A stretch of DNA of 64,000 nucleotides from Octopus vulgaris (taxonomy: Eukaryota). The stretch lies in NCBI GenBank assembly GCA_951406725.2, contig OX597827.1:39742001-39806000 (forward strand), read 5' to 3'. This document shows positions 13,611 through 26,637 of this stretch, piece by piece (the first letter of the stretch is position 1; every line of letters starts with the position of its first letter). Below the pieces are notes generated by a model. That model did not search any database and was not told where the DNA came from. It saw nothing but the letters and a program-made list of their open reading frames with translations. The position numbers and the translations under genes were made by a program.

Positions 13611-13857
13611 CCAATCTCAGCAACACAACAATATCAGTAGTAATGGTTTCAAATTTTGGCACAAAGCCAGAAATTTTAAGGGATTATATCAATCTCAGTG
13701 ATCAATTGGTACTTATTCTCTCAACCCTGGAAGGATACAAGGTAAAGTCAACCTTGATGGAATTTGAACCCAGAATGTAAAGCAGGAAGACATGCTAAGC
13801 ATTTTGTCTGCTTTGCTAAAGATTCTGCCAGCTCACCACTCTAACAATGTTGTTGTT

Positions 13858-13891
<34 letters not shown>

Positions 13892-13894
13892 GAA

Positions 13895-14420
13895 GGAAGG
13901 AAGGAAAGCAGTGTGTGTGACTTTAAACTGCATCTGGTAGGGGATCCTTGTGCAAGAGTTCCAAGGTTTTGAGGAGTGTAGTCCTAGAATAATCAGGAAA
14001 GTATTAGCTGAAAAGAATGAATAGCATGGTACCGTAGGCTGCAGGTAGTAAGCCCACTATGCATGCCAGACTCCAGGAGCTAAAAAAAAAAGCTTATGAT
14101 AAAGAGAAAATAATAATGATAACAGAGAAATATCACTAGCAAGAAAACTGAAGAGACCAATTGTCACAGGAATAATTGCTGTTTTGGTCTTCTGTTGAAG
14201 ACCGAAACAGCAATTATTCCTGTGACAATTGGTACATTTGGTGCACTTGGCACTCTGAAAGACTGAAAGATTGGAATTGAAACTTGCATTGTTGACCTGC
14301 AGAAAAGTACCATCCTATATTCTGCAAGAATCCTAAGGAAGATTTTTGAGATATGAGCAGATTTGTCACCAAACCTCGACATAAAATTCCTGATAATTGC
14401 ATTAGCATGTACTAGCTTTA
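13895..14420 (+). mobile_element. Two tandem R4/Dong-like 3' remnants within (TAA)n
   Basis: Reads PRIIRKVLAEKNE* and LKTETAIIPVTIGTFGALG...DLQKSTILYSARILRKIFEI* (stop about 14354-14356). TAA runs are at 13861, 14110 and 14421. Confidence 0.75.
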
Positions 14421-14818
14421 TAATAATAATGGTTTCTAGTAAAAGTACAAGGTCTGAAATTTGGGGAAGTGGTTAGTTGATTACACCAACCCCAATACTT
14501 GACTAATATTTATCTTGTCAATGCTGAAAGGATGAAAGACAAAGTTGACCTCAACAAGATTTGAACTAAGAACAAATACCACAAGGCATTTTTCCTGATG
14601 CCCTCAGGATTCTGTCAATCTGCCACCCTAATAATAATGATAATATTAATGATAAGGGTTTCTGATTTAGGTACAAGGTCAGTAGTGTTGAGGGGACGAT
14701 TCATACATGACTGGTACTATATTTAATTGATTGTGGAGGGATCAAAGGCGAAGTTGGCCATGACATGATTTGAGCTCAGAATGTAAAGAGCTAAAACAAA
14801 TACCAGAAAACATTTTCT

Positions 14819-15218
14819 CAGTGGCCATTAAGCAAAATAAGCATGTGCTTAGGGCATTAAGGGAAGGTGAGCACCATGGAAATAGTAAATAGCAGACAGC
14901 ATCAAAGAAATCACTTTAAACTTGCTAAAATAATATTCAAAATGATTTACATGCTTGGAAATATAATTGCGAAGTGTAAGGATCTGATTAAGGACTTTGC
15001 AATTAAAAAAAGTAGGAGAAAACTTTTCAAATATAAATAAAGTGGATGCATTCAAAAATAAACAATATTTTCCATCTTACTGTTAGTTTTGTTTCATTTT
15101 AAAAAGTAAACAATTATTTATGGTTTATTATTGTTTATATTTTGAACTACATATATATGGGTGGGGCACTAAAATATTTTAAATGCTGAGGGCCTCTATG
15201 GGTTTTAATCCAGCCTTG
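14819..15218 (+). mobile_element. hAT non-autonomous element (internally deleted)
   Basis: Perfect 8-bp TSD CATTTTCT (14811-14818, 15219-15226). Ends are CAGTGGCCATTAAG / TTAATCCAGCCTTG. The internal DLIKDFAIKKSRRKLF resembles a hAT transposase C-terminus. Confidence 0.8.
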
Positions 15219-15780
15219 CATTTTCTCCAACACTTTAAAAGTTTTACCATTCCACCTCATTTCTATTCTTTTTTTTCTTTCTTTTGTTTTATTTTGTAAT
15301 AATCATTTATTCCAATTTTGAATTTATTTTGCCAGAATTTCCATCTGAAACTGTGTGTTGAAAACAATATTGCTATATTTGGGAAAAGTCATAATTGAGA
15401 AACCCTATAAACACACTAAGTGGTTGTTTGGCTATTATCCACTTGTCTTCAGACATGAGTGCATTTATAGTAATTATCAATTATGATTCTTTTCAGATGT
15501 ACCTTTTTTTACCTTTTACTTGGAATAATTTTAGTCAAATAAACCAAGCTCTGAACTTATTTATTCTTTAAGTCTGGTATTTATTGTACTGGTCTTTTTT
15601 CTGAGCTGCTAAGTTAATGAGGCATGAACAAAAAGACATCAGTTGTCAGTGGGGTGAGGTAAGACAGACACAAACACACACACACACACACATATTAATC
15701 TTAGCTGTCATGTTCAGTTATAATGAAAACAGTTGTACATTAATCTGATGGGTTACTCTATACTTTTGTCAAGAACAAAT

Positions 15781-15920
15781 TTATTATTCTTAAACAAGGA
15801 CATTATTGACAGTGACTTCAAAGTTTTGGCCATTTAAGCTATCATTAGACTGCCAACAATGGTTTAACAGGCCAAAACTTCAAAGTAACTGTCAATGATA
15901 TTCTTGTTTAAGAATAATAA
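15781..15920. repeat. Foldback element with decayed type I hammerhead motif (Penelope-like)
   Basis: 51-bp inverted arms (15781-15831, 15870-15920). The minus strand reads TTGGCAGT-CTAATGA-TAGCTTAAATGGCC-AAA-ACTTTGAAGT-C-ACTGTCAA. Confidence 0.75.
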
Positions 15921-16662
15921 TAAATAAATAAATGTGTGTGTATGTGTGTGTGTGAGAGAGAGAGAGAGGCAGGCTCAGGCTTTCACACAAATTCTCTCAT
16001 GGAGCATTGGTCGACCTGAGACAATAGTAGAAGACTCTTACCCAAGATGCCAGGCAGTGGAACTGAACCCAAGACTATATGGTTGCAAAGCATGCTTCTT
16101 AAACACATTGCCATGCCTGTGCTTATATAGCAAAATTAATTCAAATTATTACAAAAACAATTTCTAACAGGCCCCAACACAAAATCATTCCATTTAATAA
16201 ACCTCAGTTTTTCACTGGTATAATACTCTATTGACTTCTGAAGGAGTAAAAAGCAAAGTCAGTCTCTGAATGATTTGAAATCAAGACGTAGAGGGATGTA
16301 ACAAAATATCACAAGGTATTCTACAAAACCAGATATTTTAGGGAAGATGGAGAAAAAACACAGTCGAGTAAATTACACCTGCCCCCTCCCCATCTCTTTT
16401 AGTATTTGACTGATATTCATTTAATCATCCTTCCTCTTCCCCTGGAATGATGAAAGATAAAAATTGATCTTGTCAGGATTTGGACTCAGAAATGTATAGT
16501 GATGTAAGTACTACAAAAGCATTCTACCAACATGCCACCTATACTTCAAATCTATTATTAATAGCAACAACAAGGATTTCTAATTTTGGCACAAGGCCAC
16601 ACATTTTGTGGTGGGGAAGAGGTACAATAATAACAATAATGATGATAATAACAATAATGATG

Positions 16663-16699
<37 letters not shown>

Positions 16700-17779
16700 T
16701 AATAATAATGATAATAATAATAATAATAATGGCAACCGCAACTTCCAGCTACACAAACTGTATCCCATTTCATTTAAGGAACACAACAGCAACAAGCTAG
16801 TAGAAAGAAGAGCAGCACCATGTTTACCATAATGTTCAAAACAGCAGCCCTTCACCAAAAAAAAAAAAAAAATCCAAGCATAACTCAATATTGTCTGACT
16901 TTCATGGCATTGTATGATTCCATTTTGGTTGTTCTTTCTGCAAAGCTGCTTATTTACTATATGACTAACCCCCTAATGTCCCTCTACATAATAATAGCTT
17001 GCTGTTTCTTAGATGTGTTTTCCTTTTTCTTCTTTTCTTTGATGTTACATAGCTCCATTTACACAACTTGCCACACAATCTCTACAAATAGTGAGTAACA
17101 CACAGATATATATATATATATACATATCTATATAACACTTGAGATGTACGTACATACACACATATGTGTATGAGAAAGAAACATTTATTGACACAAAAAT
17201 ACAAGCAACTGAATTGTAGCACACAGGTTTCTCCCTTGCGAGAAATTTGTACACAATTATGGATGTATATATACAGACAAACACATAAATATATACACAA
17301 TATATGTGCAAAGAATACATACACACCCCACACTACACACATGTATATCACATATGCAAACACACATAAATATGTATAATTATGTTTTCACATTTGAATT
17401 TCTGTATCTATGTGTGAATGAATGTATATGTATTATGTGAAATTCAAGTAAATGTATGTGACTAATGCATAAATGTACACACACACACACACACACAGAT
17501 ATGTTTATGTGTGATTATAAAACTTTTATTCAGGTTTGGAGTATGCATATATATGTTTATGTGTGTACAGTAGATTTCTATACTGAAGCAGCTTTTATTA
17601 TAATTGAAACTCTGGAAATGAAACAAAACCAAAAGAATAAAATGATATATAATAGATATGAATATTTACAAATCAAAAATACATCACAAAAATCTGGAGT
17701 GATTTTTTTTAATCTGAAAAAGAGTATAGAAGGATATAATGGATGGAAGTATTTGTATTGTGTATTTTAATATGGAGTC

Positions 17780-18470
17780 ACCATATGGAGTACAACCATT
17801 ATGCTAATAATACCATGTTTTTATCACCATTACTACAGCACCAGCATTACTAAAGTACTCTCACTTATACCACTATATTACTAGTAATATAGTACTATTA
17901 TAATCACTGCAGTACTATCATAATTGCAGTGTCACCAGCAATGCAGTGCAGTTATCATTCATCACCATAACACCATCAATACTGTAGTGCTGTACTCTTG
18001 CTGTACTAATAAGATTGTAGTATTATCACCAACCCTGCAGTATAATCATCAATGGTTTTACACCTTCATCATAGTATTACCTTTCACTATAGTACCAATA
18101 TAACATCAGGAATGGGGTTACTGAAGTACCATCAAGACTGCAATACCAGCATCACTAGAGTGACAACACTGCAGTATCACAATCAACATTAGTGCAATCC
18201 TGCAATCCCACTACCAGTAACTACAATGTAGTACAACTATCACTGGCATTTTTTCACCTTCATGATAGTACCACTTTTCACTGTAGTATCAAAATAACAG
18301 CCAGAACAGTGGCTCTGAAGTATCACCAAGACTGCAATACCAGCATCGCAAGAGTGACAACACTGCAGTATCACTATCCAGATTAGAGCAATACCACTAT
18401 CACAGCCGTAATGGCCACATTGCAGTTGTACTATCACAGTAGCCACATCTTTGCAGTTCCACATCATTGT
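17780..18470. repeat. Degenerate minisatellite of about 17 bp (CACTGCAGTACCATCAT-like) with a higher-order duplication
   Basis: Recurrent ACTGCAGTA/ACTGTAGTA. The block CAAGACTGCAATACCAGCATC..GAGTGACAACACTGCAGTATCAC occurs at about 18133 and 18327. Confidence 0.75.
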
Positions 18471-18864
18471 AGAGATAAAACAGTTGAAGCATCATCATTA
18501 AATATGGCTAAAGCCATTGAGTGTGCAGTGGTTGATATTTTGTTGCAGATTCTATGAATGTGTCTCTAAATACAAACATTTCATAATTAACAAATCCAGT
18601 CTCCCTAGTTAAGTTATAAACAGGTAATGCAGGATTGAAAATAATCTCAGCCCTGAGAAATGTACTCTAACAGGCAAACACTTTTGAATACTTTTGTTGA
18701 TTTACAGTGTCTGAATTCATCCTCTCCTAAAGGTGGTTAGCCAGAAAAGATACTGGGTACTATGGGTCCTTAGATGAGCTAGATCAATCACCTATTGATA
18801 AATAATCCTGATATTGAGATTCAGTTATAGGTAATAGATTCAAATGTCTGATAGCAGCTTCACT

Positions 18865-19340
18865 ATCACCAGCATAACTATCACTAACCATTCTATCAAC
18901 CTATAGACTTGATGTCAATAGCTACTCTAAAAGTAGCTGGTCTCCAAACCAATGCACCACCAACAGCCAGTCTATCAGCAATCAGACTATCAACTAACAC
19001 ACTATCAACAGTTGCTCTATCGATTCATATACTATCAATAACTGCACTAACAACAGCCATACTAATAATAGCTGGTCTACCAACTGATGCACAGCCAACA
19101 GCCAGTCTATCAACCGATGCATTATCAACAGCTGCACCATCAATTGGTCTATCAACAATCAGACTATCAACTGGCACACTATGACCAGCTGTTCTATTGA
19201 TTCATATGCTATCAATAGCTGCACTAACAACAGCCACACTAACAATAGCTGGTTCACCAATCAATGTACTACCAACAGCTAGTCTATTAACGGCTGGTCT
19301 ATCAACAGCCAATCTACCAACATATGTACTCTCAACTGCA
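18865..19340. repeat. 15-bp minisatellite (CTATCAACAGCTGCA-like) with higher-order units
   Basis: CTATCAAC recurs every 15 bp. ATAGCTGGT/GTAGCTGGT landmarks at 18936, 19071 and 19248 give periods of 135 and 177 bp. Confidence 0.8.
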
Positions 19341-19872
19341 AAAAGGTGGGTAGGGTATATGCCAATTTCTTTTATGGGGTCTGTTGCCCACCCTTGGTTA
19401 CCCATTGCTTTAGAAATCCACCTCACTCTACTCTAGCTCTTGCAAAGATACCATGGGTAAGGCATTTGATATTCAGGCATATCTCAAACTTATGTCAATA
19501 ATTGGTTCCAAGGGATGCAACAAAACTCAAAAATGAACATAACATAGAAAAACATTAAACAAAAATTTATTAGCTTAAACTTGTTTTTATGAATGATTTG
19601 TACATATTTTCACATGTATTTTATTTGATTTCCCATTTCAATATCAGTTTTTCAGGTGCTTTTCTTTTCATTATGTCTTGCTTTTAAATATATTTGCTGA
19701 GACAAATATAAAGCTAGATAAATTGACTGACATTGAGTTTTTTTTTTTCCATTAATTTCTTTAAAAAATTTTATGAATTCAAAAAGACATAACTTGAAAT
19801 AATGTAAGTTGAGGTCTCCCAGTACTTAACAATTCAATCCACCTGGTTGTAAGTAGATAACATGGGGTAGAG

Positions 19873-20685
19873 CAGTGGTTCTCAACCATTTTTTTTACTT
19901 ATGAACCCCCTTTGATTCCTGCTTTACTAGAGGGGCCCCTCCTAACCATCTAATGTTTAAGAAATCCTATTATATTTTGTATGATTAAATATTAGGAATC
20001 GAATTATAAAAAATTGTTCAAATATTTTGTGCATTGTAGAAGTATAACCAATTTATTGTATTGGGTTGTCCGGAAAGTTCTTGCCGATTTATAGTAGCTT
20101 ACCTTTCAACTTATTTTAGAAGTCCATAAAATAGGATTTCACTACACCTCCATTTAGAGCACGGTTTAAGCTATCCTTTCGTGGTAGAAGGTTTATGTTC
20201 CTATAACCTGTGTTAATTTTGTAACCCTTTAAAATGGAAGATAAGAAAGTTCATTTTCAGCACTTGATGATTTGGGAACCAGGAAAAAATTACTGCAGCT
20301 CGGCTGGGATGTGTTACCCCACCCTCCATATTCACCAGATATTGCTCCTTCAGATTTCCACCTATTCAGGTTTCTGCAGAATAGTCTTAATGGTAAAAAT
20401 TTCAATTCCTTGGATGATGTAAAAATACCTTGATGAATTCTTTGCCATGAAGCCACCTCAGTTCTGGGAAGAGGGTGTTTTCAAGTTAGAGGAAAGATGG
20501 AGATGCATGTGCAACAAAATGATTTATATTTGGTTGATTAAAAATGTAATGGCAAGTATTTATTAACCTTTTTCTTTCCTTTAAAAATCAGCATGGACTT
20601 TCCGAACAACCCAATATATAAGTTTTAACAACAAAATCTTATATGGACCACCAAGGGTCATATGAACCTCAGTTCAGTCCCAGTG
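19873..20685. mobile_element. hAT-Charlie-like MITE, interrupted by a mariner
   Basis: Left TIR CAGTGGTTCTCAAC, decayed right TIR GTTCAGTCCCAGTG (10/14), 8-bp TSD GGGTAGAG / GGGTGGAG. Confidence 0.7.
20061..20614 (+). mobile_element. Internally deleted mariner (Tc1/mariner) transposon
   Basis: TIRs of about 30 bp (TTGGGTTGTCCGGAAAGTTC.. / ..GGACTTTCCGAACAACCCAA) with TA on both sides. N-terminus MEDKKVHFQHLM is joined to the C-terminus GWDVLPHPPYSPDIAPSDFHLFRFLQNSLNGKNF...FWEEGVFKLEERW. Confidence 0.95.
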
Positions 20686-21477
20686 GGGTGGAGCATTTGA
20701 CTGTTGTGCCAATTCCCACAAACACAGCTCAAGGTGCTGCAAGTCAATGAATATCTTTGGTAATTTTTACAATATGCTTGATTAGTATTTATTTCCAGGG
20801 AAGTAGACTGAGCCATTTTTGAGACTCAAGTGTTTTGATACAGACACAGTATTCGTTTGCTGACAGGATAGAAACTTCCAATACAAATTGGCTGCTTATC
20901 AAGTATCCTATCCATTCAGCCATCCATACACAAGTATTTTAGCTGACTTAAAGCTGTTCAAACAATCCTTGCTGAAAATGTAGGAACTAAAATTCAAAAG
21001 CCAGTGACAGATTTTGATGAAGGACAAAATATAGATAATCAAGAGTGAGGTACCTTATTATACAAGCAGTGGATTGATTTAATTACAGGGAATTTACTGT
21101 TTTTGTTCCATTATTAATTCCTGCCCTCACATTACCACTAATTAAACATATGTTACCAACAACCTTGGCCTTATTTCTACTTTAAATTGATTTTATGTGA
21201 AAATTATCAATATCATTGTGCCAATGTTGACTTTAACTTTCATCCTTCTGTGAGGTTTGATAAAATAAGAAACAATGTAAAACTGGGGTCGATTAATTTG
21301 ACTACACTCATACCCCAAAGATTTAAGGCTTTGCCAAAAATCTCTACAACTGCAAAGCAGTGACTTAGAAAAGTTAAAATGCCTTGTGATATTTGTTCTA
21401 ATTTTTTTATATATATTTTAAGTTCAAATGTTGCTAAAATCAACTTTGCCTTTTGCTCCACAGAGGTAAAAAAAATA

Positions 21478-21710
21478 CCTATTTCTTTACTACCCACAAG
21501 GGGCTAAACACAGAGAAGACAAACAAGGACAGACAAATGGATTAAGTCGATTATATCAACTCCAGTGCATAACTGGTACTTATTTAATCGACCCCGAAAG
21601 GATGAAAGGCAAAGTCGACCTCTGCGGAATTTGAACTCAGAACATAGCGGCAGACGAAATACCGCCAAGCATTTCACCCAGCATACTAACGTTTCTGCCA
21701 GCTCGCCACC
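21478..21710 (-). mobile_element. Young family A SINE nested antiparallel in an older + strand family A SINE
   Basis: Near-identical to 9181-9413. AAAATACC is on both sides, and the host resumes at TACCAGTAAAGTACTGG. Confidence 0.85.
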
Positions 21711-22005
21711 TTCAATAAAATACCAGTAAAGTACTGGATGTGATTGATGTAATTGGTTTACGCCTTTCTTTCAAAATTTCTAGCCTTTTGCCTAAATTAG
21801 AAATTATTATTATTACTATTAAAATCTTTAGCTTGGAGTTCAAATTCTTCAAGAGTTGGATTTTCTTATCATTCTGCATCTAACCCGAGATCATTAAAGT
21901 AAATACTGGTTATCTATTGAGAAAGAATTTTGTATGAAAAGGATATATTTGGTTGAATTGATTATATAATTTTTATACAAAATTCAGGCCTCAAACCAAA
22001 GTTGT

Positions 22006-22564
<559 letters not shown>

Positions 22565-23060
22565 TATTATTATTATTATTATTAGGCTGGTTAACAGATG
22601 GTATAACTGGTTGAACACTGGTCTAGTGGTATTTAATTACATCCCATTAGGCTCTGAGTTCAAAGCCTATTCACATCGACTTTTTCCTTTGTTGCTATGG
22701 AGTAAATATAATAAAATATCATCAGAATATAGTAGGAACTAAGTTTTTTCTCTTTTTTTAATCATATTTTGGTACACAGCACACTGGGCCATCCAGGGAC
22801 AGTTTCAGTAGTAAATTTTTCTATGAGAAACAGTTACTAGCTCCTTGCTCAACCTTTCTTGCAGAAAGGGATCCTATAAGTGGTCTTACTTTTATCTTTC
22901 ACACTGTCAAATGCAGCCAATTGAAAGAGAGAGAGAGAGAGAGAGAGAACTCAGAAATGAGGGAGCCAAAAGATGTACCAATAGACATTCTGTCTGATAC
23001 AAATGACTCAGCCAAATTGATTGACCATAACCTTCTTCCCTAAACCAATGGTAAAAAGGG

Positions 23061-23400
23061 ATGAAGACCCCCTTCAGTCATGAATGACCATTGAATTACA
23101 CCTAGAAAGTTACCCTCTGAGGCACAAGTCCAGGCAAAGTTGTTTATGGAAGACCAGCGGTTACCCATACATACCAGCCCCCCATCTCCATGCCATTGAT
23201 ATTATCCGAGGGAAAGGCAAAGGCCAATACAGCTTGACATCAGTGATGTTGCAACTCATTTCTGCAATTGTGTGAACTGGAGCAATGTGAAATAAAGTGT
23301 TTTGCTCAAGAACACAACAAATAGCTTGGTCGAAGAATTGAACCCACTACTTCATGATTGTGAACCCGACACTTTAACCACTGAGCCATGTGCCTTCACC
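23061..23400 (-). mobile_element. tRNA-derived CORE-domain SINE
   Basis: Head GGTGAAGGCACATGGCTCAGTGGTTAA..GGGTTCAATTC, followed by CORE-like GTTGTGTTCTTGAGCAAAACACTTTATTTCACATTGCTCCAGTTCAC..GAAATGAGT. Confidence 0.8.
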
Positions 23401-24903
23401 TGTGGTATTACTATCTTTACTATCATTAGATGATCAGTTGTTTTGGTTGTCTGCTTGCTTTATTGAGATGATACTTCTAAAAATTTTGAGAGGCAGTCTT
23501 GAGAGGTGACTGTTCCAATAATCCGATGGCACAATCGTCAAAGTTGACCTTACATTCAACTCAAGAGCAGGTTGTACAGTAGAAAAACCTACAATCAATC
23601 AAACAGCAGGGTCGTCCACTGTGACCCTACAAACAAACAGAAAAATCCTCAGAGGTGACCTCAACACGTCAATAGGTTATGATTATTCTCACTAATTTTA
23701 TACAACATTGTATTGTATGTTACATCAGATGTCGTCACCACCTGTTCCATACACAGATGTAATACTCACAGCTGTTCTAAATCACTTCCTAGATTGTTTC
23801 AGCTCAATACCCACTTCAGGGATTACATTTTTTCTTCCCTTCCTTATCTCATTTTTGCTTTAATCTGTTTCATGATAGCATGAATAGGATGGACTTAGTC
23901 TTTGGTAAACCTGGACAATCTCCAATGATTGATATAACGCAGTAACTTGGAAACCTCTTTTGTTCACTCAACCTGTCAGAAATAAGAGTTAAATTTCCCT
24001 CAAATTACACCCTACAACCTTAAAAAACAAGATGAATATTTCAAAATAGTTGAAATATCTTTGATCATATGTTAGCTTAATTAGAGCTGATCTGGAGCTG
24101 AGCAGCAACATTTATGAGTTCGTGTATGTTCTGTTTTAACAGTTATCTAAACTAAACTGTGAAAATAGGAGGAAAAATTCTTAAGTAGTACCTGGTTAAC
24201 TCCTTGATCAAAAAGATCTATTGAGTAAAGTGATATTTGGATGAAATTTAACTGTTATGTTTAGTAGGTTGAAAAACTGTATAAAGATCCTGTGTTGAAG
24301 TTTGTTAGTCATCCAGGCAGACTGATGTAAGCGGAGTTACGTACCTTACCTAAAAGCAAAATACAACCATAGTAATCATAGTGGTGACAATAGTAATCAT
24401 AACAGACTAGGTTAGTGTAGAAGTAGTATTGATAATAGCTGATGTGATTGTTGTTGAATATCAGGTCAACTCTGATCCAGTTGACCTATGATCAAAGGCA
24501 TTCTAGCCATGACAAACATGTCTCACCCCTTCAACCAGATCTTTCTCTATCATAAGTACATCCATCATCAACACATCAGTTTATCCACTCATCACTCACC
24601 AGTCGTTTCATTCACATTGGTGCTGTTGCCTCTCCTGCTGACATCAGCTGGTACCTTTCACAGCCAGCTGCTCCCGCAGTTCACTCCTGCTCTATCTTGC
24701 GTGGAAAGTTTAATGTTACACATCCAACCAGATCATACCTGATTATTGCTCAGACAGAATTACTACAGCACAGTTAAGCTACATAGATATACTTCAAACA
24801 AAATCAAAATAAGCATGAAGGGAAGAGAAAGTTTGTATATGAGAGAGAGAGAGAAAGAGAGTAAGAGAGCAAGAAAGATTAGTAGAATCAATGTGTATAT
24901 ATA

Positions 24904-24947
<44 letters not shown>

Positions 24948-25356
24948 TCAGTATGTTCAGATGATATATGACTAGTACATATGATGTGTACTGGCAAATC
25001 TATGATAGATGTATATAAACAGTTTCTATATTTTAAACTTCAGGTGGAATATTTCCATTTTTTTATCTTATAAAAATCTATAATTCAATTTTTATGTAAT
25101 CTCTATGTATTTGATTCAAAATCAGTAGGAGATGGTTTACACATATATACACTCTACATGCTTATATCTGAGTGGGTGAGCGAGAGACTACATGTGTATG
25201 TGTATGTATGTATGGATAAGCAGGAGTGTATAAGTGATTTAGTGAGTATGTGTGAAAAGTGTGTGTGAGTGAGTGAATATGAATTTGTGTGTGCAAATGT
25301 ATGTGTGTGAGAATATATGTATGAGAGTGTATACACATTTGAGAGTGCGGATGTGT

Positions 25357-25403
<47 letters not shown>

Positions 25404-26302
25404 TAAAGAGATATGCATGAGTGTGTGACAGAGTGTATTTGTGCCAGAGCATGTTTGTGTGAGCGAGTATGTGTATGAGAGCACCAATGCAAAAGTGCAT
25501 ATGCATCTCAGCGTATGAACATGTATGCAAGTGTATGCGTGTTTGCATGTCAGTATGTGCCAGCGTGCCTATGTTTAAGTATCCACTTATGTATAAGTGC
25601 ATTGAAACCTACAGATATACATATTAGTATGTATATGTACATGTATGTAAGTGTATATATATATATATATATATGCACACACACACATACACTAACATAT
25701 ACATACAGACATACATATATACACACACATATACACACACATGTGCACATATACACACAGATACATGCATAGAGGTAATGGTAAATAAATAAATTAAAAA
25801 TGTCTGCAAAGAAGAAAGAGTAGTCCAGTTAGTTATAAGCATCTATTACTCAATAACAAGAGATTCTGACGGAGGGGTGATGAGTTTCACTTTTGGTTGT
25901 GGTGAGAATCTTTGGAGTTTTTTTAAACTTGGCTATTTATAATTCTTTGCTGATGTAGGTTATTTGTCTGCTGGGTCTTCTGTTTTCTCTTCAATTCCAT
26001 AGACAGGCCAAAGAGGAATCTTCTATGTGTTCTTTGCTTAACCTGCTAGAAACAGCAGTCATCTTTCTCTCTCGCCCAAATTATGCTTTACTGTCTTCAA
26101 AATGAAAGAATATGTTAGACAATAGATGCATTAAAAGGCGAGAGAGTCATGATCAGAAATCCTTTCACTATAGCTCTGCTCGATCTTGCTTGACTGGGGT
26201 TTAATAACAAAAGTTATTAAAAAGTATATCCCTCATCACACCTCTCTTTCGAAAACTCTCTTATATATTTAATAATGTATGTATATATATGTCTGTATAT
26301 GT

Positions 26303-26637
26303 CCCACTGCAATGACACCTTGGGCAAGTGTCTTCTACTATAGCCTCAGGCCAACCAAAGCCTTGTGAGTGGATTTGGTAGACGGAAACTGAAAGAAGCC
26401 CATCATATATATATGTATGTGTGTGTGTATATGTTAGTGTGTATATGTTTGTGTGTCTGTGTTTGTCCCCCCAACATCGATTGACAATCGATGCTGGTGT
26501 GTTTACGTTCCCGTAACTTAGCGGTTCGGCAAAAGAGACCAATAGAATAAGTACTAGGCTTACAAAGAATAAGACCAGTGGTCAATTTGCCCAACTAAAG
26601 GCAAATGACGGAAACAAGTAAAAGAGTAAAAGAGTAC
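26303..26637 (+). mobile_element. Family B SINE, 5'-truncated
   Basis: CCTTGGGCAAGTGTCTTCTACTATAGCC..GAAAGAAGCCC, internal microsatellite, tail AAACAAGTAAAAGAGTAAAAGAGT. Confidence 0.85.

Noticed and set aside
17780-19340. CRISPR-like repeat-spacer arrays
   Set aside because: The units are contiguous and degenerate, with no unique spacers or cas genes, and the context is eukaryotic.
20234-20540. Functional mariner transposase
   Set aside because: Most of the ORF is deleted and the remainder is frameshifted.
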